Origin: Vicinamibacteria bacterium
GTDB taxonomy: Bacteria > Acidobacteriota > Vicinamibacteria > Marinacidobacterales > Marinacidobacteraceae
Reading direction: 5' to 3'
DNA length: 64,000 nucleotides
Assembly (NCBI GenBank): GCA_963422395.1
Contig: OY729431.1
Coordinates: forward strand, 832,001 to 896,000
In this document: in pieces, positions 19,658 to 29,541 of the stretch
Numbering within the stretch: the first letter of the stretch is position 1
Layout of the letters: every line of letters starts with the position of its first letter
Notes under the pieces: model-generated
Database searches by the model: none
What the model saw: the letters and a program-made list of their open reading frames with translations, nothing else
What the model was told of the DNA's origin: nothing
Position numbers and translations under genes: made by a program

Positions 19658-20947
19658 TCAAGATACTCCGAGCACCGCAGCGGCGGCCAGCGCGAGCGCG
19701 CCAGTGGCGCGGACCAGTTCTTCCACCGGGCAGTGTTCGTCGGGTCGGTGCGCCAGTTCGAGAATTCCCGGTCCATAGGCGACGCAATCCGGGATCCCGC
19801 CGAGACGGGCCACATGCTTGTGGTCGTAGGTGCCCGGGCTCGCCACCTCCTCCACTTCCTCGCCGAGAGCCCGCCGCACTCCGAACCGCACCGCTTCGGT
19901 AGCGAGGGAGCCAGCCGGGGTGCGAACCGGCTCCACGGTGAGCAGCTCCTCGATTCGGTAGCGCCGGTCGGAGCCGCGCGAGGCGCAGTCGGCGACCCGG
20001 CGCGCCACCTCGGCGCGCACCGCCTCGAGGCCTTCCTCCGGCAGGAAGCGCCGATCCACCACGACCTCGGCGCGGTCTGGCACTTGCGGGCTCTCGATCC
20101 CCGCTCCGGCTTGACCGCCCCGGATGCTGTTCACATTCACCGTGGCGGCGCGGGCACGCTCGGGAACCACCGGGAGCGCCGTGCGGCGGGCGGCCAGGGC
20201 GGCGGTCCAATCGGTGCGGATCGCTTCGAGCAGGGGAGCGAGCTGCAGGATCGCGTTCTTGCCGAGGAAGGGCATGCTGCCGTGCGCAGTCTCGCCTTCC
20301 GAGATCACCCGGAACCAGTACACCCCGCGGTGGCCGACGCACACCCGCCGCGAACCGAAGGGCTCGGGAATGATGACTGCGTCGGTGCCTGGAGCGATCA
20401 GACCCGATTCCACGAGCCAGGCGACGCCGGCGTGGCCGCCGCTCTCCTCGTCCACGGTGCCCGAGATCTCGAGGACGCCGCCCAGGCGGGCTCCTGCCCG
20501 GCGGAGTGCCTCGGCGGCGAACACCGCGGCGGCGATGCCTCCTTTCATGTCGCTCGCCCCCCGCCCCCAGACCGATCCGTCCCGGATCTCCCCGGAGAAG
20601 GGGTCTCCGGTCCAGCCCTCGCCCGCGGGGACCACATCGAAGTGGCCGTTCAGGTGCAGCCGCCTCCCACCCGCGCCCCGGCGGCCGATGACATTGCAGC
20701 GCGGGTGTTCCTCCGATCCGGGTGGACAGACCCGGTCGGGTGGGTCGTCGTACTCCACGGCGAAACCGCAGGCTCCGATTCGCTCGCCGATCCGTTCGGC
20801 GCAGATCCGGTAATTCTCTCCGGGAGGATTTTCGGTGGGGATCCGGATCAGTTCCCCGGTGAACGCGGCGATCTCCTCGCCCGCCCGTTCGACCTCCCGG
20901 AGAATGCGCCTCTCGAGATCGGAAGCGACCGGGAAGAGCGGCGGCAT
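19658..20947 (-). CDS. M20 family ArgE/DapE-like deacylase
   Basis: LNGHFDVVP, GRGASDMKGG, DEESGG, AHGS, AHRPDE; start chosen at MPPLFP. Confidence 0.9.
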   Translation of the reverse strand: MPPLFPVASDLERRILREVERAGEEIAAFTGELIRIPTENPPGENYRICAERIGERIGACGFAVEYDDPPDRVCPPGSEEHPRCNVIGRRGAGGRRLHLNGHFDVVPAGEGWTGDPFSGEIRDGSVWGRGASDMKGGIAAAVFAAEALRRAGARLGGVLEISGTVDEESGGHAGVAWLVESGLIAPGTDAVIIPEPFGSRRVCVGHRGVYWFRVISEGETAHGSMPFLGKNAILQLAPLLEAIRTDWTAALAARRTALPVVPERARAATVNVNSIRGGQAGAGIESPQVPDRAEVVVDRRFLPEEGLEAVRAEVARRVADCASRGSDRRYRIEELLTVEPVRTPAGSLATEAVRFGVRRALGEEVEEVASPGTYDHKHVARLGGIPDCVAYGPGILELAHRPDEHCPVEELVRATGALALAAAAVLGVS

Positions 20948-20980
20948 CGGGCGGCGAGGATACCGGTCTCGGGCTTGGGC

Positions 20981-21111
20981 TGTGCGCTCCGAGAGCAGGG
21001 CGTCAGGGATGGAGTCGGGCGTTTTCGGGGGAGGAGAGAGGATGCCCCGCTCCCGAAGCGCCCGGCGCTTCGCGCCGGGAATCCGAACTGCTGCCGGAGG
21101 CAGCGAGTTCG
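20981..21111 (+). repeat. Partial copy of the 252-bp structured repeat (family A)
   Basis: Contains gccccgctcccgaagcgcccggcgcttcgcgccgggaatccgaactgctgccggaggcagcgagttcg. Confidence 0.85.
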
Positions 21112-21178
21112 ATTGGACGGGTGCTCGGTTTTCTCCTCCCGGTCTCGTTCGGAGCCGGGCTCCTAGAATCTCGCTGCT

Positions 21179-22318
21179 GTGCTCGTCGCTGCCGCCTTGC
21201 CGGCTGCTGCTGCTGCTCTGCTGCTGGCGCCGATCGCTCGGGCGCAGGGGCCTCTGCCGGATCCTGGCTTGGTTGCGGTTCCCGGGATCGAGGTCGGTCA
21301 CCATGAACTCGACGGCCTTCCCACTGGATGCACCGTGGTGCTCGCGCGCGAAGGCGCGGTCGCTGGAGTGGATGTGCGGGGTTCGGCTCCCGGAACCCGC
21401 GAGACCGATCTGCTCGATCCGGTGAACACCGTCCAGCAGGTCCACGCGGTGGTGCTCTCCGGGGGCAGCGCCTTCGGGCTCGCCGCCGCCACCGGAACGG
21501 TGCGGTTCCTCGAAGAGGCCGGGATCGGCTATCCGGTGGGGCCGTTCCGCGTGCCGATCGTCCCGGCGGCGATCCTCTTCGACCTGGGAGTTCAGGGGCA
21601 GGGTGCCGGCGGAGCAGCGCCGGTCCGTCCCGGCCCCGAGTGCGGCTACCGGGCAGCGGCGGCCGCTGCCTCGACCCCGGTTCGGCGCGGCAACGCGGGC
21701 GCTGGAGCTGGGGCCACCGTAGGGAAGATCCGGGGGATGGCGCGGGCGATGAAGGGCGGGCTCGGATCGGCCTCGCTGCGGTTCCCCGATGGGCTCGTGG
21801 TCGCGGCGCTGGTCGCGGTGAACGCGGTGGGAGATGTGGTGGACCCGGCGACCGGTGCGGTGATAGCCGGAGTGCGGAGACCTGGCGGCGGGCTGGCGGA
21901 CGCCCGCCGGCTGCTGCTCATGCCGGATTCTCGAGAAGACGCCGGCGCGGCGCCCGCCGGCGGGAACACCACCATCGGAGTGGTGGCGGTCAGCGCGCCG
22001 CTCACCAAGCCGGAAGCGGCGAAGGTCGCGCAGATGGCGCATGACGGCCTCGCCCGGACGATCTATCCGGCGCACACCCCCGCAGACGGCGACACGCTCT
22101 TCGCGCTCTCGACGGCACAGAGTTCGAGGGCGCGCCTCGGCAGGATCGGGGCGCTCGCTGCCGAGGCAGTCGCCCGCGCCGTCCTCGATGCGGTGCGAAC
22201 GGCGGAATCGCTGCCCGATCTCCCGGCGGTGCGCGACCTCCAGCCGGATCCCGAGGAGATGCCCGGCCCCGAAGGAGATTCCCCTCCTGCCGGGGCGGCG
22301 TCGGCAGCTCGTGGATGA
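21179..22318 (+). CDS. P1/S58 (DmpA-like) peptidase
   Basis: GVDVRGSAPGTRETDLL, LSGGSAFGL, NTTIGVV, DGDTLFA. Confidence 0.9.
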   Translation: MLVAAALPAAAAALLLAPIARAQGPLPDPGLVAVPGIEVGHHELDGLPTGCTVVLAREGAVAGVDVRGSAPGTRETDLLDPVNTVQQVHAVVLSGGSAFGLAAATGTVRFLEEAGIGYPVGPFRVPIVPAAILFDLGVQGQGAGGAAPVRPGPECGYRAAAAAASTPVRRGNAGAGAGATVGKIRGMARAMKGGLGSASLRFPDGLVVAALVAVNAVGDVVDPATGAVIAGVRRPGGGLADARRLLLMPDSREDAGAAPAGGNTTIGVVAVSAPLTKPEAAKVAQMAHDGLARTIYPAHTPADGDTLFALSTAQSSRARLGRIGALAAEAVARAVLDAVRTAESLPDLPAVRDLQPDPEEMPGPEGDSPPAGAASAARG

Positions 22319-22342
22319 AGTGACTTCGTCCACAGGCTGCTA
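22304..22342. repeat. Minimal head-to-head copy of family B terminal inverted repeats
   Basis: gcagctcgtggatgaagt-gacttcgtccacaggctgcta matches the TIRs at 47553/47745. Confidence 0.7.
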
Positions 22343-22348
22343 AGTCGG

Positions 22349-23737
22349 ATGTCCCCGTATCTCGCCGTTCTCATCGTCTATTCAGCCCTGCTGATCGCAG
22401 TCGGCTGGGCGGTTTCCCGGAGGTCGCGCTCAGCGGAGGGTTTCTTCGTCGCCGGACGGCGGTTGCCGGCGCGGCTCGTCTTCGCGACCGTGCTGGCCGC
22501 GAACATCGGGGCGGGCTCCACGGTCGGCGCGGCGGCGCTCGGCTACGAACACGGGCTCGCGGCTTTCTGGTGGGTCGGGTCCGCCGGGATCGGGACGCTC
22601 CTCCTCGCCGTCTGGCTGGGCCCCCGGATGTGGAGAGTGGCGAACGAAGCCCGGCTCCGCACCGTGGGCGACTTCCTCGAGTTGCGCTACGGCACCTCGG
22701 TTCGGATCACCCTCACCGGACTCTTGCTGGTCGCCACTCTTTTCGTCCTCGCCGCCCAGTTGCTCGCCGCCGGAGTTCTCATCGAGGGGGTGGCGGGGAT
22801 TTCCTTTCCGGCGGCGGTGCTGGCCGCGGCGGCGGTGATGACCGCCTACTTCTCGATCGGAGGCCTGCAAAGCGCCGCCTCGGTGAACTTCTTGCAGTTC
22901 GCGGTGCTGCTGATCGGCTTCGGGCTCGCCGTTCCCGCAGCGCTTCGCGCCGCCGGCGGCGCTGCCGGGCTACGGGAGAGCCTGGGGGACGGCGCCCTCG
23001 ACATCTTCGGGAGCGCTTCGCTGTCCTTTTCCTACCTGGCGCTCCTCGTCCCGGCCTTTCTCGTTTCTCCGGGCATCCTCCAGAAACTCTTCGGTGCATC
23101 GAGCGAGGCTGCCGTGCGCCGCGGCCTCACCGCCGCCGGCGGCGCGCTGCTGCTGTTCGCTGCCGTTCCGCCGCTGCTCGGTGCAACCGCTGCCGTCCTC
23201 CATCCCGAACTCGGAAGACCGGACGCGGCCCTCCCGGCGCTTCTCACCGAGTCGCTTCCCCTCTGGCTCGGCTGTCTCGGGGTGGCGGCGCTCTTCTCGG
23301 CCGAGGTTTCGAGCGCCGACGCGGTGCTCTTCATGCTCTCGACATCGTTCTCTCGGGACCTGTACCACCGCTTCTGGAAACCGGGCGCCGACGACCGCGC
23401 CGTGCTCCGGGTGGCCCGCGGCGCGTCCCTCACCGGCGGTCTCGCCGGAGTCCTGATCGCCGTGTTCGCCAGGAGCGTGATCGATTCTCTGACGGTGTTC
23501 TATTCCATCCTCGGAGTCTCTCTCTTCGTCCCGGTGGTCGCCGGCCTCCACCGGGCGAGGCCCGGCGCCCGGACCGTGCTCGTCGGCGCCGCAGTCGGGA
23601 TCACGGTTTTCCTGGCGGCTTCCTGGCTGGATCCGATCTGGCGGGGGCCGCTGCCGGATGCGATCTCGCCTCCGCTCCTCGGAATCGCTGCTTCGGGAGT
23701 GGTGGCGGTAGCAGCTCTGGCGGTATCGCGCCGCTGA
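22349..23737 (+). CDS. Sodium:solute symporter family protein
   Basis: FFVAGRRL, ANIGAGST.G, GGLQS, SAEVSSAD. Confidence 0.9.
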   Translation: MSPYLAVLIVYSALLIAVGWAVSRRSRSAEGFFVAGRRLPARLVFATVLAANIGAGSTVGAAALGYEHGLAAFWWVGSAGIGTLLLAVWLGPRMWRVANEARLRTVGDFLELRYGTSVRITLTGLLLVATLFVLAAQLLAAGVLIEGVAGISFPAAVLAAAAVMTAYFSIGGLQSAASVNFLQFAVLLIGFGLAVPAALRAAGGAAGLRESLGDGALDIFGSASLSFSYLALLVPAFLVSPGILQKLFGASSEAAVRRGLTAAGGALLLFAAVPPLLGATAAVLHPELGRPDAALPALLTESLPLWLGCLGVAALFSAEVSSADAVLFMLSTSFSRDLYHRFWKPGADDRAVLRVARGASLTGGLAGVLIAVFARSVIDSLTVFYSILGVSLFVPVVAGLHRARPGARTVLVGAAVGITVFLAASWLDPIWRGPLPDAISPPLLGIAASGVVAVAALAVSRR

Positions 23738-23756
23738 TCCTGCTTCCCGTCCGGTC

Positions 23757-24989
23757 ATGAAACCCGCCGATGTCGCCGTGGTGGGCGCCGGGCTCGCCGG
23801 GCTGCAGTGCGCGCGGCTGCTTGGCGAACATGGGCTCGAGGTGGTCCTGCTGGAGCGGAAGGCAGACCCGGCAGAACGGGTACACACCACCGGGATCTTC
23901 GTCCGGAAGTCGCTCGAAGACTTCGACCTGCCGGAATCCTGCCTGGGTCCGCCCCTCCGCCGTGTCACGCTCTATTCGCCCGCTCGGAGGACGCTCGAGC
24001 TGGAGAGCCGCCACGACGAGTTTCGGGTGGGCCGGATGGGCCCGCTCTACCGGGAGCTGTTCGACCGCTGTCTCGCCGCCGGGGTTCGAGCCCGGCGCGG
24101 TGTGCGCTATCTGGGTTTCTCGCGTCGCGGAGAACGGCTGGTTCTGGACCTTGCGGAAGGAGAGCGTCCGATACGCGTCGAGACCCGCCTGCTGGTGGGG
24201 GCCGACGGAGCGGACTCCGAAGTGGCCCGGGACCTCGGGCTCGATGGCAACACGGAGTGGCTGGTGGGCCTGGAGTCGGTCCACGCCGGGGTGCCGCTCC
24301 GCGGCCCTCCTGGTCTCCACTGCTTTCTGGATCCCGAACTGTCGCCGGGCTATCTGGCATGGGTCGTCCAGGACGGAGAAGAAACCCATGTGGGAGTGGG
24401 CGGCTATCCCGATCGGTTCCGGCCCCGGACCGCGCTCGAGGAGTTCACCCGCAGCCTGGGCAGCCTCTTCGAACTCGGCCGCGGCCGGGTCGTGGAACGG
24501 CGCGGCGGGCGGATTCCGGTAAACGGAGTGCTGCGCCGGATCGGCTGTGAGAGCGGGTTGCTCGTCGGGGACGCGGCGGGTGCGGTCTCACCGCTCACCG
24601 CCGGCGGCTTCGACGCCTGCCTGCGGCTTTCCCGCCTGGCCGCCGGCGTCATCGCGCGCTCTCTCGAGACCGGAGATCGGACTCTCTTGGCTTCCTGCTA
24701 TGTAGGGTCGAGACTGCGGTCCCGGTTCTGGTCGCGTCGCTTCTTGCGGACTCTGCTCGCAGGGATTCGAAGCCGGACGGCGATGGAGCTTCTGTGCGGG
24801 TTGCTCCGCCAACCGCCGTTTCGCTATCTCGCCTGGCAGGTCTTCTTCCGGAGGCGCTCTTTCCCCGACGGAACGACTTTCCCTCCCTCTCTTCCCGGCC
24901 GGCGCGCTGCCCACCCAGGCGCCGCCGATTTCTTGGCAACCGCGCCCCTTCGGAAACGGGCTGCCAAAGGCGATAATCGGGAGCTGTGA
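23757..24989 (+). CDS. FAD-dependent oxidoreductase (geranylgeranyl reductase-like)
   Basis: VVGAGLAG, LVGADG, LVGDAAG motifs. Confidence 0.85.
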   Translation: MKPADVAVVGAGLAGLQCARLLGEHGLEVVLLERKADPAERVHTTGIFVRKSLEDFDLPESCLGPPLRRVTLYSPARRTLELESRHDEFRVGRMGPLYRELFDRCLAAGVRARRGVRYLGFSRRGERLVLDLAEGERPIRVETRLLVGADGADSEVARDLGLDGNTEWLVGLESVHAGVPLRGPPGLHCFLDPELSPGYLAWVVQDGEETHVGVGGYPDRFRPRTALEEFTRSLGSLFELGRGRVVERRGGRIPVNGVLRRIGCESGLLVGDAAGAVSPLTAGGFDACLRLSRLAAGVIARSLETGDRTLLASCYVGSRLRSRFWSRRFLRTLLAGIRSRTAMELLCGLLRQPPFRYLAWQVFFRRRSFPDGTTFPPSLPGRRAAHPGAADFLATAPLRKRAAKGDNREL

Positions 24990-25801
24990 CGCAGGGTGGC
25001 TCCCCATTCTCACTGGTCGGGATGGATGTGGTGGTGATCGGGGGTGCTTCCGGGATCGGCGAGGCGACGGCGCGGCTCGCCGCCCGCTCCGGTGCCCGGG
25101 TGGTGATCGCGGATCGAGACCCGGAGGCCGCCGGGCGGGTTGCCGCAGCGATCGGCGTCGAGGGCGGGCTGGCGGAGCCGCGCCTGGTGGACATCCGTTC
25201 CGACGATTCGGTGGCGGCGCTCTTCCTCGGCATCGAATCTGCGGGTTTTCGGCCGCGGGGGTTGGTCTCGACGCCGGGAGTGAATGTGCGGAAGCGGCTC
25301 GCCGATACCAGGGAAGCGGAGTTCGATCGGGTCGTTTCGCTGAACTTGCGGGGAACCTTCCACGCTCTCCGCCACGGAGGAGCGAGCCTCGCCCGGTCTG
25401 CGGGCGGAAGTGTCGTGCTGCTCTCTTCGATTCGCTCGCAGGTAGTGGAGCCGGGGCAGGGGGTGTACTCGGCGACCAAGGCGGGGATCGTGCAGCTCGC
25501 CCGCACCGCGGCAACGGAGTTCGCGGGCGCCGGAGTCCGGGTGAACGCGCTGGCGCCGGGCGTGGTGGAGACCCCTCTCACCGCACAAATCCAGCGGCGG
25601 TCCGAATGGAAGCGCGCCTACACCGAGAAGACGGTGCTCGGCCGCTGGGCGACCGCCGCTGAGATCGCGGCACCCGCGGTGTTCCTGCTCTCTCCGGCGG
25701 CGAGCTATATCACCGGATCGGTGCTGTTCGTCGACGGCGGCTGGACCGCCGCCGACGGACGGTTCGATCCTTGGTCCGAGCGCTCCGGGAACGGGGCGTG
25801 A
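24986..25801 (+). CDS. SDR family oxidoreductase
   Basis: GGASGIG, YSATK, VNALAPG, ITGSVLFVDGG. Confidence 0.9.
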   Translation: MTQGGSPFSLVGMDVVVIGGASGIGEATARLAARSGARVVIADRDPEAAGRVAAAIGVEGGLAEPRLVDIRSDDSVAALFLGIESAGFRPRGLVSTPGVNVRKRLADTREAEFDRVVSLNLRGTFHALRHGGASLARSAGGSVVLLSSIRSQVVEPGQGVYSATKAGIVQLARTAATEFAGAGVRVNALAPGVVETPLTAQIQRRSEWKRAYTEKTVLGRWATAAEIAAPAVFLLSPAASYITGSVLFVDGGWTAADGRFDPWSERSGNGA

Positions 25802-26621
25802 GGTCGGATTGTGTCTCGCATCCCCATGGGAGGAGTGGAACGCCCCGCTCCCGAAGCGCCCGGCGCTGCGCGCCGGGAAGCCGAACTGCTGCCGAAGGCA
25901 GCGAGTTCGGCTTCTGGGTTGCCAATTCGTGAAAGGGGGTAGACCCCCTTTCACCCATTCCCCCGCTGTGCCGCGCCCGAGCCGGAGGCTCGGTCGCAAC
26001 AGGTGTTTTTGTGTCCACGGACGGGAGTCGCGCCTCTCTCGAGCGGGGCGTGAGGTCGGATTGTGTCTCGCATCCCTATGGGAGGAGTGGAACGCCCCGC
26101 TCCCGAAGCGCCCGGCGCTGCGCGCCGGGAAGCCGAACTGCTGCCGAAGGCAGCGAGTTCGGCTTCTGGGTTGCCAATTCGTGAAAGGGGGTAGACCCCC
26201 TTTCACCCATTCCCCCGCTGTGCCGCGCCCGAGCCGGAGGCTCGGTCGCAACAGGTGTTTTTGAGTCCACGGACGGGAGTCGCGGCTCTCTCGAACGGGG
26301 CGTGAGGTCGGATTGTGTCTCGCATCCCCATGGGAGGAGCGGAGCGCCCCGCTCCCGAAGCGCCCGGCGCTGCGCGCCGGGAAGCCGAACTGCTGCCGAA
26401 GGCAGCGAGTTCGGCTTCTGGGTTACCAAATTCGTGAAAGGGGGTCTACCCCCTTTCACCCATTCCCCCGCTGTGCGGCGCCCGAGCCGGAGGCTCGGTC
26501 GCAACAGGTGTTTTTGAGTCCACGGACGGGAGTCGCGACTCTCTCGAGCGGGGCGTGAGGATGGCGTCGGGTCAGGCACCCTCGTGGGAGGAGCGGGGCG
26601 CTCCGTTCTCGAACCGCCCGG
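25773..26621 (+). repeat. Tandem array of three 252/252/253-bp multi-hairpin units plus a terminal partial unit (family A)
   Basis: Units restart with ggggcgtgagg at 25793, 26045, 26297 and 26550; the first three are near-identical. Confidence 0.95.
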
Positions 26622-29511
26622 TGAACTGCTCCGCCAGCGCGAGCAACCTGCTCTCCTGGTCGCTCAGCGCTTCCAGGCGATTTCGCTGTTCCGCGACGAC
26701 TGCCGGCTCGGCACGCTCCACGAACCGCCGGTTGTCGAGCCTTTTGCGGGCGGCTGCTGCCTGGGAGCGGATCCGCTTCAGCTGCGTAGAGATCCGGGCG
26801 GAGGCGGCGGCCGGATCCAGCTTCCCGTCGAGTGGTGTCCGCGCCTCGAAGGCCGGATCCACGATGGAGACCTGGTTGCTGCCGGCGGAGGCGGCTCCGA
26901 AGGACCAGGGGCGCTCTTTCGAGAGTACCGAGAGGGATTCCAGGCGGGCCACCGCGCGGACTGGACCGGAACATCCCGTGAGCAGCGCGCCGAAGCCCGG
27001 GCGAGCCGGGGATTCCTTCACCGCGAGGGGAAGGGGCAGGTCCGGCGGTAAACCTGTGTCGGCACGCAGCTTCCGGACGCCGCTCACAAGCCGGCGCAAC
27101 GCATCGAAATCCGTTTCGAGCTCGGGGTCGCGGGGAGCGTCCGCTGCCGGAAACCGGGCCCGGGCGAGGAGCGCGGACTCGGGGTGGGTTTCGGACCAGA
27201 GGCCCTTTCGGTCCATCGCGGGCAGCAGTTGGCCGAAGAGGTGTTCCGTCACGAACGGCGTGACCGGGTGCAGGAGAGCGAGGGTGTCCGCCAGCACCAG
27301 GCCCAGGGTGGCCGCGGTCCGCCGCGCGGACTCCGGCGCCGAACGCATCCTCGCCTTGGCGAGCTCGACGTACCAGTCACAGAAATCGTTCCAGACGAAG
27401 CGGTAGAGCAATGAGCCGACTGCGGCGAAATCGAACCGTTCGAGAGCATTTCGGGTCTCTTGGGCGCACCCGGCCACCCGCGAGGTGATCCAGCGGTCCT
27501 CAGGCTGCGGGGCGCTCGCCGGGGCGCTTTCTTCCACACCTTCGATCGCAAGCAGTGCAAAGCGAGAGGCGTTCCACAATTTCGTGACGAACCGGCGGCC
27601 GATTTCGTGGAATTTCGAGAGCGCCAGCCGCATCTCCTGGCCCTCGGAGCAGAGGCGGACGAGGGTGAAACGAAGTGCGTCGGCGCCTACTCCTTCGAAT
27701 CCCTGAGGGAAATTCCGCTCGACCCGGCGCAGCAGATCGCCCATGTTCGAGGGGCGGGCCTCCAGGACGGGCCGCTTGAGCTCGTCGAGCGTGGCGCCTT
27801 CGATCACCGCGAGCGGATCCACTCCGTTCCCCTTGCTCTTGCTCATCACCGCGCCGCGCTCGTCGAGGACGGTGGGATGGATGTACACATCCCGGTAGGG
27901 CAGACGGCCGGTCATCTCGATCCCGGCGAAGTTCATTCGCGCCACCCAGAAGAAGAGGATGCCCTTGTCGGTCGAAAGCACCGAAGTCGGGTAATAGCGG
28001 CCGAGGTCCGGGGTGTGCTCATCAGGCCAGCCGAGCGTGCTCATCGGCCAAAGCCAGGAGCTGAACCAGGTGTCCAGCACATCCTCGTCCTGCCGCCAGG
28101 CGTCGGGTTCCCGCTGCACCGCCGCCGGCGGGTTCACCCCCACGAGGACTTCCCCGGTCTCGCGGTGATGCCACGCCGGGATGCGGTGCCCCCACCAGAT
28201 CTGCCGACTGATCGTCCAGTCCCGGATCCCGATCAGCCAGCGCGCGTACAGCTGTTCGAAACGCGCGGGGTGGAACCGCAACTCGCCCGCGCTCTTCTTC
28301 TCCCAGCCCTCATCCCCCAGTTCCCAGCCGCTTCGACGAAGGGCCCGATCGGCGAGCGGCCGCGTCCGGACGAACCACTGGTCCGAAAGGCGGTATTCGA
28401 TGGGGGCTCCGGAACGCTGCGCACGGCCCAGAGGAAGCCGGTGGGGCTCTACCTTCTGGAGCAGTCCGGCCGCATCGAGCGCCGCGACCGCTTCCTCGCG
28501 GGCGCGGTATCGGTCGAGGCCGCGGAAAGGCTCCGGCACCGCGTCGTTGAGAGTTGCGTCCTCGTGCATCACATTCCGTGGTTCGAGGCCGTGCCGCTGC
28601 CCGATTTCGAAGTCGTGAGGATCGTGGGCAGGGGTGATCTTGAGACAACCGCTGCCGAAATTGCGATCGACGGCAGAATCGGTGATCACCGGGATCGCTC
28701 TTCCGGTGAGCGGGAGCAAGACCTGCTTTCCGACGAAGGCCCGGTAGCGGTGGTCTTCCGGATGGACGGCGACCGCCACATCCCCGAAGAGGGTTTCGGG
28801 ACGGGTGGTGGCCACTGTCAGCCGCTTCCCGGGCTCGTCGAACAGGGGATAGTCGATCCGCCACAGATGCCCCGGCTCGCCGTCGGGAGCGGTTTCCACC
28901 TCGTCGTCGGAGAGCGCGGTGCGGTCCACCGGGCACCAGTTCACCACCCGCTTGCCGCGGTAGATGAGATCCCGGTCGTAGAGCGCCTTGAAGACGGTGC
29001 GGACCGCACGGGAAAGCCCATCGTCCATGGTGAAGCGGGTGCGGCGGAAGTCGCAGGAACATCCCAGTTTCCGGAGCTGTTCGAGGATCACCCCGCCGTA
29101 GCGCTCTCGCCACTCCCAGACGCGCGCTATGAATTCGTCGCGGCCGAGCGCCCGGTAGTCCACTCCCTGGGAGTCGAGGTGCTTCCGGACCACCGTCTGG
29201 GTCGAGATGCCGGCGTGATCGGTGCCCGGGACCCACAGCGCGTCGCGTCCTTCCATCCGTCGGTAGCGCACGAGCACATCCTGGATGGTGTTGTTCAGGG
29301 CGTGGCCCATGTGGAGCCGCCCCGTGATGTTGGGCGGCGGAATGACCACCGTGAATGGTTCGCGTTCCGGATGGCCGCCGCGTCTCGGCGAGCCGTCGGG
29401 ATCCACCTCGCTTTCGAAGGCTCGCGCCTCGTTCCAGCGCTTCCAGCCCTCGGCTTCCACCGCGCCGGGGTCGAAGCGGGTCGCGAGCGCTCCGGGCGAA
29501 CCGTTTGGCAT
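26572..29511 (-). CDS. valS: Valine--tRNA ligase
   Basis: PPPNITGRLHMGHA, GTDHAGI, ISRQIWWGHRIP, MSKSKGN, C-terminal coiled coil. Confidence 0.97.
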   Translation of the reverse strand: MPNGSPGALATRFDPGAVEAEGWKRWNEARAFESEVDPDGSPRRGGHPEREPFTVVIPPPNITGRLHMGHALNNTIQDVLVRYRRMEGRDALWVPGTDHAGISTQTVVRKHLDSQGVDYRALGRDEFIARVWEWRERYGGVILEQLRKLGCSCDFRRTRFTMDDGLSRAVRTVFKALYDRDLIYRGKRVVNWCPVDRTALSDDEVETAPDGEPGHLWRIDYPLFDEPGKRLTVATTRPETLFGDVAVAVHPEDHRYRAFVGKQVLLPLTGRAIPVITDSAVDRNFGSGCLKITPAHDPHDFEIGQRHGLEPRNVMHEDATLNDAVPEPFRGLDRYRAREEAVAALDAAGLLQKVEPHRLPLGRAQRSGAPIEYRLSDQWFVRTRPLADRALRRSGWELGDEGWEKKSAGELRFHPARFEQLYARWLIGIRDWTISRQIWWGHRIPAWHHRETGEVLVGVNPPAAVQREPDAWRQDEDVLDTWFSSWLWPMSTLGWPDEHTPDLGRYYPTSVLSTDKGILFFWVARMNFAGIEMTGRLPYRDVYIHPTVLDERGAVMSKSKGNGVDPLAVIEGATLDELKRPVLEARPSNMGDLLRRVERNFPQGFEGVGADALRFTLVRLCSEGQEMRLALSKFHEIGRRFVTKLWNASRFALLAIEGVEESAPASAPQPEDRWITSRVAGCAQETRNALERFDFAAVGSLLYRFVWNDFCDWYVELAKARMRSAPESARRTAATLGLVLADTLALLHPVTPFVTEHLFGQLLPAMDRKGLWSETHPESALLARARFPAADAPRDPELETDFDALRRLVSGVRKLRADTGLPPDLPLPLAVKESPARPGFGALLTGCSGPVRAVARLESLSVLSKERPWSFGAASAGSNQVSIVDPAFEARTPLDGKLDPAAASARISTQLKRIRSQAAAARKRLDNRRFVERAEPAVVAEQRNRLEALSDQESRLLALAEQFTGRFENGAPRSSHEGA

Positions 29512-29541
29512 CGCGGGCCCTGTTCGGAGGCGGATCGGGGC

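Noticed and set aside
25793-26549. CRISPR array
   Set aside because: Whole 252-bp units repeat with no unique spacers, and no cas genes are present.
25793-26549. Hammerhead ribozyme/retrozyme in the tandem units
   Set aside because: No CTGANGA core found on either strand by eye; other ribozyme classes cannot be excluded without a covariance search.
25809-26579. ORFs inside the repeat (APLPKRPALRAGKPNCCRRQRVR)
   Set aside because: Frames are broken by a stop in unit 2 and an indel in unit 3; substitutions conserve base pairing rather than amino acids.
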